Of a DNA stretch of 64,000 nt, positions 59,220 to 64,000 are shown one piece after another. This DNA is from Kiritimatiellia bacterium (GTDB lineage Bacteria > Verrucomicrobiota > Kiritimatiellia > RFP12 > UBA1067). Location of the stretch: positions 601 to 64,600 of the forward strand of contig JAZOAC010000027.1 in NCBI GenBank assembly GCA_045595285.1, in the 5' to 3' direction. The notes under the pieces are model-generated. The model did no database searches, was not told where the DNA came from, and saw only the letters and a program-made list of their open reading frames with translations. The translations under genes were made by a program, and so were the position numbers. The number at the start of each line of letters is the position of its first letter. The first letter of the stretch is position 1.

Positions 59220-60626
59220 ATGAACAACAATAAAACTTCTTCATTCAGGTGGGTCGTGTGTGCGATGCTGTTCGCCGCAACGACCGTCAACTATCTCGAC
59301 CGCCAGGTCCTCTCCCTTACGTGGAAGGACTTCATTGCCCCGGAGTTCAAGTGGACCGACAACGACTACGGCACGATCACTGCCGCGTTCTCGCTGATCT
59401 ACGCGCTCTGCAATCTCTTTGCCGGAAAGTTCATCGACTGGCTCGGCACGAAGAAGGGGTATCTCTGGGCAATCTTCATCTGGTCCTTGGGTGCGTGCCT
59501 TCATGCAGTCTGCGGCGTGGGCGCCGTCAAGATCGCCTCGCTCGCCGCAATCTCCATGACCACCGTGTCCGTGTGGCTCTTTCTCGCCTGCCGTGCGGTT
59601 CTCGCGCTCGGTGAAGCAGGAAACTTCCCGGCGGCGATCAAGGTGACGGCGGAGTACTTCCCCAAGAAGGACCGTGCGTTCTCCACGTCGATCTTCAACT
59701 CCGGTTCGTCCGTCGGCGCGCTCGCCGCCCCCGCCACGATTCCGCTCATCGCGAAGTTCTGGGGATGGGAGATGGCCTTCATCATCATTGGTGCCCTCGG
59801 CTTCCTCTGGATGGGATTCTGGATGTGGCTCTACAGGAAGCCCTCCGAGAACAGCCGCGTGAATGCCGCCGAGCTCGCGTACATCAATTCAGACTCCGAT
59901 TCCGAGGCTGAGGCGAAGACTTCATCCGCCAATGCCGAAGGTCCTAAGATCTCCTACCTCAAAGCCTTCGGCCTTCGCCATACCTGGTCGCTCATTCTTG
60001 GCCGCTTTCTCACCGATGGCGTGTGGTGGTTCTTCCTCTTCTGGACGCCCGGATACCTCTCCGACCAGTTCGGGTACCGCAGCGACTCCGGCATGGGCAT
60101 GGCGCTCATCATCACGCTCTATGCGATCGTCACGTTCGTCTCGATCTATCTCTGCAAGCTCCCCACGTTCTTCGTGGACAAGCGCGGCATGAACCCCTAC
60201 GAAGGCCGCATGGTCTCGATGTTCATCTTCGCATGCTTCCCGCTTCTCGCTCTTGCGGCTCAGCCGCTCGGTGCGTTCAGCGCATGGTGGCCGGCGATTC
60301 TGATCGGTCTTGCCTGTGCGGGTCATCAGGCCTGGAGCGCCAATGTGTACTCTGTCGTCGGCGACATGTTCCCGAAGTCCACGATTGCAACGCTCACCGG
60401 CATTGCCCAGTTTGCCGCCGGCTGCGGAAGCTTCATGGTCAACAAGAGCGCGGGCAAGCTCTTCACCTACGCCGCGGAGCAGGGAGAGGCGTTTGCGTTC
60501 CTCGGCTATACGGGCAAGCCCGCCGGCTACATGGTTGTGTTCTGCTACTGCGCCGTTGCGTACCTCATCGGCTGGATGTGCATGAAGACGCTCGTTCCGA
60601 AGTACAAGCCCGTGGTGCTCGACTGA
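59220..60626 (+). CDS. MFS transporter, ACS family (ExuT/hexuronate-like)
   Basis: The N-terminus is RWVVCAMLFAATTVNYLDRQVLSL. There are 12 TM segments. Confidence 0.8.
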   Translation: MNNNKTSSFRWVVCAMLFAATTVNYLDRQVLSLTWKDFIAPEFKWTDNDYGTITAAFSLIYALCNLFAGKFIDWLGTKKGYLWAIFIWSLGACLHAVCGVGAVKIASLAAISMTTVSVWLFLACRAVLALGEAGNFPAAIKVTAEYFPKKDRAFSTSIFNSGSSVGALAAPATIPLIAKFWGWEMAFIIIGALGFLWMGFWMWLYRKPSENSRVNAAELAYINSDSDSEAEAKTSSANAEGPKISYLKAFGLRHTWSLILGRFLTDGVWWFFLFWTPGYLSDQFGYRSDSGMGMALIITLYAIVTFVSIYLCKLPTFFVDKRGMNPYEGRMVSMFIFACFPLLALAAQPLGAFSAWWPAILIGLACAGHQAWSANVYSVVGDMFPKSTIATLTGIAQFAAGCGSFMVNKSAGKLFTYAAEQGEAFAFLGYTGKPAGYMVVFCYCAVAYLIGWMCMKTLVPKYKPVVLD

Positions 60627-60691
60627 GAGCCCCGGCCCTTTGGATGATTTGAAGGAGCCCTAGTCTGGCGAAGAAATCCAAAGGCGCGGCG

Positions 60692-61570
60692 TTGACCGAA
60701 TATGCGCTGCTCAGGACGGCGTGCGCAGTGGTCAACGCAATCCCGTATCCCCTTGCCTGTGCACTGGCGAGGGGATTTGCTTGGTTTCTGGTGGATGTCG
60801 TCCGCTTTCAGCGCAGGCGCACGTTCGACCGGATCAGGGGGTGTTTCCCCGGGATGACGGATCGTGAAGTCCATCGCATTGCCGTTATGTCTCTCTCGAA
60901 TGTCCTCATGAGTGCGGTCGAGATGATTCGCGCCTCTCGTCTGGACAGGAAGTGGATTGAGGCGCACGTAAAGGATGTGCATGTCTATGCGGAGCGTCTG
61001 AAGGCTATTGCGGACGAGGGGAAGGGTGTTGTGATAATGGTTCCGCACAGCGGAAACTGGTACATGGCGGCCTGGGCTATGGCGCGTTGCGGAGTGCCGC
61101 TTTTCGCCATCGCCGCAAAACAGCGCAATCCCTACATCGATGCCTGGATGAACCGCCAGTACGGCGATGGTCTGGATGTGGTCGAGCGCGGAAGCGCACG
61201 CGTAATGGCGGAGATCAAGGCGCGTCTGTCGAAAGGGCAGTGCTTCGCCATCCTTCCGGATCTGCGCGTTCCCGCGAAGGATGTCGAGGTTCCGTTCCTC
61301 AATGGAACGGCAAACGTTTCGCACGGCGGGGCCTCGTTTGCGACCGCAGTCGGCGCGCCGGTTGTGGTCGCGATCATGCGGCGCGAGAACGGAAGGCATG
61401 TGTTCGACCATCTTGCGACGCTTCGTCCGGACCCGGAGAAGCCTCGCAAGGAGGAGTCGATTCGTCTTACCCGTGAGACGATGGCTCTTCTTGATGATGC
61501 GATACGGAAAACGCCGGAACATTGGTTCTGGTACAACAAACGCTGGATACTTCAGCCCGTGCGCGGCTGA
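60692..61570 (+). CDS. Lipid A biosynthesis late acyltransferase (LpxL/HtrB family, LPLAT superfamily)
   Basis: An N-terminal TM segment is present. The HSGNW region VIMVPHSGNWYMAAWA contains the HX4D-like catalytic His. About 290 aa. Confidence 0.75.
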   Translation: MTEYALLRTACAVVNAIPYPLACALARGFAWFLVDVVRFQRRRTFDRIRGCFPGMTDREVHRIAVMSLSNVLMSAVEMIRASRLDRKWIEAHVKDVHVYAERLKAIADEGKGVVIMVPHSGNWYMAAWAMARCGVPLFAIAAKQRNPYIDAWMNRQYGDGLDVVERGSARVMAEIKARLSKGQCFAILPDLRVPAKDVEVPFLNGTANVSHGGASFATAVGAPVVVAIMRRENGRHVFDHLATLRPDPEKPRKEESIRLTRETMALLDDAIRKTPEHWFWYNKRWILQPVRG

Positions 61571-61590
61571 CAGGCAGCGTGGGAGAGAAT

Positions 61591-62253
61591 ATGGAACGGC
61601 AGAGACATGATAAGCTTTGGGGCTTTGAGGATTGGCTCTACGATGACGGCAAGGTTCTCATAAAGCGCATCTGCGCGGATATGCGGCTGAGCGTGCAGGT
61701 GCATCCGAATGACGATACGGCCAAGACTGTCGGCGGCAGGGCGAAGACGGAGATGTGGCGCGTGCTGAAGGACGGACCCATCTTTGCCGGATTCAAGCCT
61801 GGCGTGACGGCTGATGATGTCGTCCGTGCCGTGGACGACGGATCCTTCGAGGAACTGCTTGTCCGTTTCGACGCCAAGGTCGGCGAATGCTATTTCATAC
61901 CGGGCGGACTCGTCCATGCCATTGGCGAAGGGACTTCGGTGTTCGAGGTGCAGCAGTCGAGCGACACGACGTTCCGCCTCTATGATTGGGGCCGTGTTGA
62001 CGCAAAAGGAAATCCGCGCAGACTCCACGTAAAGGAGGCTTTGGCGGCGATGGATCTTTCGTTGCCGCCGCCTGTCCCGGGCAGTTCCGTGAATTGCGCA
62101 TACTTTGCATTCAGCACCCATGCGGCAGGCGAATTGCCGCCGGCCGGCCAGCGCCGCGTGGTATACGACCCTGTCGCAGACGCGATCGTTGAACTTGCGC
62201 CATCGGCTCCGGCGGAGTTCCGCAACGAAGTCTTTTCGGTGACGATCCATTAA
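61591..62253 (+). CDS. Cupin-type mannose-6-phosphate isomerase (class I ManA-like, short form)
   Basis: SVQVHPND and ECYFIPGGLVHAIGEG (metal-binding cupin motifs) are present. Start is the ATG at 61591. Confidence 0.7.
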   Translation: MERQRHDKLWGFEDWLYDDGKVLIKRICADMRLSVQVHPNDDTAKTVGGRAKTEMWRVLKDGPIFAGFKPGVTADDVVRAVDDGSFEELLVRFDAKVGECYFIPGGLVHAIGEGTSVFEVQQSSDTTFRLYDWGRVDAKGNPRRLHVKEALAAMDLSLPPPVPGSSVNCAYFAFSTHAAGELPPAGQRRVVYDPVADAIVELAPSAPAEFRNEVFSVTIH

Positions 62254-62485
62254 ATCTCCGTCGCGCTGTGGCGTCAAGGGTTTGCCTATCTTAATTCAAA
62301 GATTGTCAACATAAAAACGGTTACGCCGAAAAATCGGCGTTTCCGGTGTTCGCATGCGCGCGCACCGTCTTCTTGCAGGAGATGAAGCCGATAAAGTTCT
62401 CTGTTGTGCAGCCTCTATACGCCAATGAAATCGCGAAGATGGGGAAAGGCATCCGTTTCCAGATTGATGCTCTCCGCGATTGCCG

Positions 62486-63361
62486 TCACGAACACGTGAC
62501 GGCAATCTGCTCTCCGCAGCATACGCGTGTTTCGAGTCCATTGGCTGAGTTTTGGATCAGGTCATCATCGAATTTGAGCGATCCGGCCTTTGCTATCAGA
62601 ATCACCGTGGATCCGCCAAATTTGAAATAGCCTTTCTCGTCGCCTTTTGCGTGTTCACTGCCGTCGTATGTCTGGATGATCGTTCCGACTCCGAACGCGC
62701 CAACGTCAACGAGCCAGTAGCGTCCAAAGTCCGCATCGCAGGCAAGTATCTGTCGTTCGTTGTCGGCGTATATGTCGGGGCGTCGAACCAGTGCAATGGG
62801 ATTTACAGAGTGGTATTCGCCAGGTATCACGCGAATCTTTTCCGGCGTGCGGCATGCATACGGGAAGTGAAACCGGTGATAGTCGACAGGGGCTAGACGT
62901 ATCACCGCGATGTCGTATGCCCCGTCTGGTACATCTGGACCGAATACTTCTCTGAGGCGGCGTGTCGCGCCCTTTAGCGGGAAGGGGGTGTCTGCATCGG
63001 CGTTCAGATACAGCATGAGCCGTCCGTCCGCAGGGCTGACCATCCCGCCGCCGACAGGGCGTGCTCCCGGTTTCAGCTTCCGTGTGAAGAATGCGTTGAA
63101 CGAAGGGTAACTCGAGATGGGGTGTTCAGCCTCGTCCGCCTTGCATCCGGGAATCGCAGCCAACGACGCTATGGCCTTGCGCGACTTCGGAGAGTCGTAA
63201 TACCAGCCCATGATTGCGGATATGGCCTTGGATCCGAAAAGGACTGGCCATAGCGTTCTCCCGAGAAGCGTTTCGTATGCGAAGCGCAGAGCTCCATCAC
63301 CCATTACGGATTCGGTGATTTTTTCGCCGGAGGCACGGTCAATGTATTCAACTGCTTTCAT
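62486..63361 (-). CDS. psd: Phosphatidylserine decarboxylase proenzyme
   Basis: LAPVDYHRFHFP is present. The cleavage/pyruvoyl motif FKFGGSTVIL (GST) is present. Confidence 0.85.
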   Translation of the reverse strand: MKAVEYIDRASGEKITESVMGDGALRFAYETLLGRTLWPVLFGSKAISAIMGWYYDSPKSRKAIASLAAIPGCKADEAEHPISSYPSFNAFFTRKLKPGARPVGGGMVSPADGRLMLYLNADADTPFPLKGATRRLREVFGPDVPDGAYDIAVIRLAPVDYHRFHFPYACRTPEKIRVIPGEYHSVNPIALVRRPDIYADNERQILACDADFGRYWLVDVGAFGVGTIIQTYDGSEHAKGDEKGYFKFGGSTVILIAKAGSLKFDDDLIQNSANGLETRVCCGEQIAVTCS

Positions 63362-63453
63362 GCCTCAAATTATATCATAGACATTGCCCCACGGCGCGAT
63401 CGTGTTTGTGGATGATTGCGCCAAAAGCTGTTCATTGTGTTATAATCGGGCGC

Positions 63454-64000
63454 ATGGATTTCAAACCTTATGAATATTCGGGAGTGGTTTTCGACTCCCG
63501 CAAAGTTACGCCAGGATGCCTGTTTGCGGCACTTCCAGGGGCGACCGTTGATGGACATGCCTTTGTCAGGCCGGCTTTTGAGAAGGGGGCGAAGGGGATT
63601 CTCGTCAGGAAGGACCGGGCGCACGAGTTCATCGGGCCTGAATCAGATGCTCTGATTCCAGTGGATGATGTCAAGGTTTCGCTTACCGAAACGGCGCGGG
63701 CGTACCGCAAGACTTTGAAGGCGAAGGTTGTAGGCATAACGGGAAGCGCCGGCAAGACGACGGTCAAGGAGTTCACGGCTGCGTTTCTGCGCGCCAAGGG
63801 CAGGACTCACGCGACGGCCGGAAACTACAACAATGACCTTGGTCTTCCGATTACGATATTGGAATGTCCTCCCGATGCCGAGTTTCTCGTCCTTGAGATG
63901 GGAACTAACCATCCTGGGGAGATTGCCCACCTTGTCGGGATTGGATGTCCAGATATTGGAATAATATCGTCCGTCGGCACGGCGCACATCGAATTTTTCA
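63454..64000 (+). CDS. murF: UDP-N-acetylmuramoyl-tripeptide--D-alanyl-D-alanine ligase, 5' part (3' end outside the window)
   Basis: Frame 1 from the ATG at 63454 reads AALPGATVDGHAFV, then GITGSAGKTTVKE (the P-loop), then GNYNNDLGLPITIL. It is not in the ORF track because no stop lies within the window. Confidence 0.85.
   Translation, partial: MDFKPYEYSGVVFDSRKVTPGCLFAALPGATVDGHAFVRPAFEKGAKGILVRKDRAHEFIGPESDALIPVDDVKVSLTETARAYRKTLKAKVVGITGSAGKTTVKEFTAAFLRAKGRTHATAGNYNNDLGLPITILECPPDAEFLVLEMGTNHPGEIAHLVGIGCPDIGIISSVGTAHIEFF

Noticed and set aside
60545-62277. Minus-strand ORFs 60545..61522 and 61552..62277 antisense to the lpxL-like and cupin genes
   Set aside because: Shadow ORFs. The + strand proteins show LPLAT and ManA-type cupin motifs (QVHP, FIPxGxxHA).
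63370-63987. Minus-strand ORFs (84-114 aa) in the psd-murF intergenic/murF region and the + ORF 63470..63655
   Set aside because: Frame 1 from the ATG at 63454 reads a clear MurF N-terminus including the GITGSAGKTT P-loop. The listed ORFs are out-of-frame shadows.

Overview
High-GC (~60%) bacterial chromosomal segment. The gene content suggests a PVC-superphylum (Lentisphaerae/Verrucomicrobia-like) genome: Tat-signal Gfo/Idh/MocA oxidoreductase, a DUF4838-like protein, beta-helix and autotransporter-type beta-strand-repeat surface proteins, and very large CBM-containing secreted glycoside hydrolases. This taxonomic call is inference only. About 45 CDS are supported. All genes from position 1 to 49 kb sit on the + strand except one XylR-like regulator. 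The contents are: (i) secreted/Tat-exported carbohydrate-active enzymes and a sugar-responsive AraC/XylR regulator; (ii) a low-GC ~3.9 kb accessory insertion (6.34-10.34 kb) flanked by ~57-bp imperfect direct repeats, carrying an AAA+ (AAA_14/DUF4143) ATPase, a secreted clan GH-D-like hydrolase and a truncated Fic_N fragment; (iii) a ~1 kb structured non-coding region with 5.5 tandem copies of a 66-bp unit; (iv) a co-directional operon lepB - Ser/Thr kinase - MFS sugar porter - MBL hydrolase - secreted protein - orphan ACP - membrane-anchored minimal adenylating enzyme; (v) ABC-F ATPase and SNF2 helicase; (vi) a housekeeping block (ispD, epmA, mtaD-like deaminase, SLC12-like transporter, parvulin, menA-like, DUF1343/NamZ, tilS, tRNA-Ser(GGA), queF, a sirC-hemA fusion, hemL, ExuT-like MFS, lpxL-like, cupin mannose-6-P isomerase, psd, murF 5' part). 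No CRISPR array, rRNA, integrase or transposase was recognised. The most unusual things are the repeat-flanked low-GC islet, the 66-bp tandem array with upstream periodic inverted-repeat motifs, and the orphan ACP plus N-terminally truncated membrane-anchored adenylase module. All calls rest on motif recognition by eye; no searches were run.
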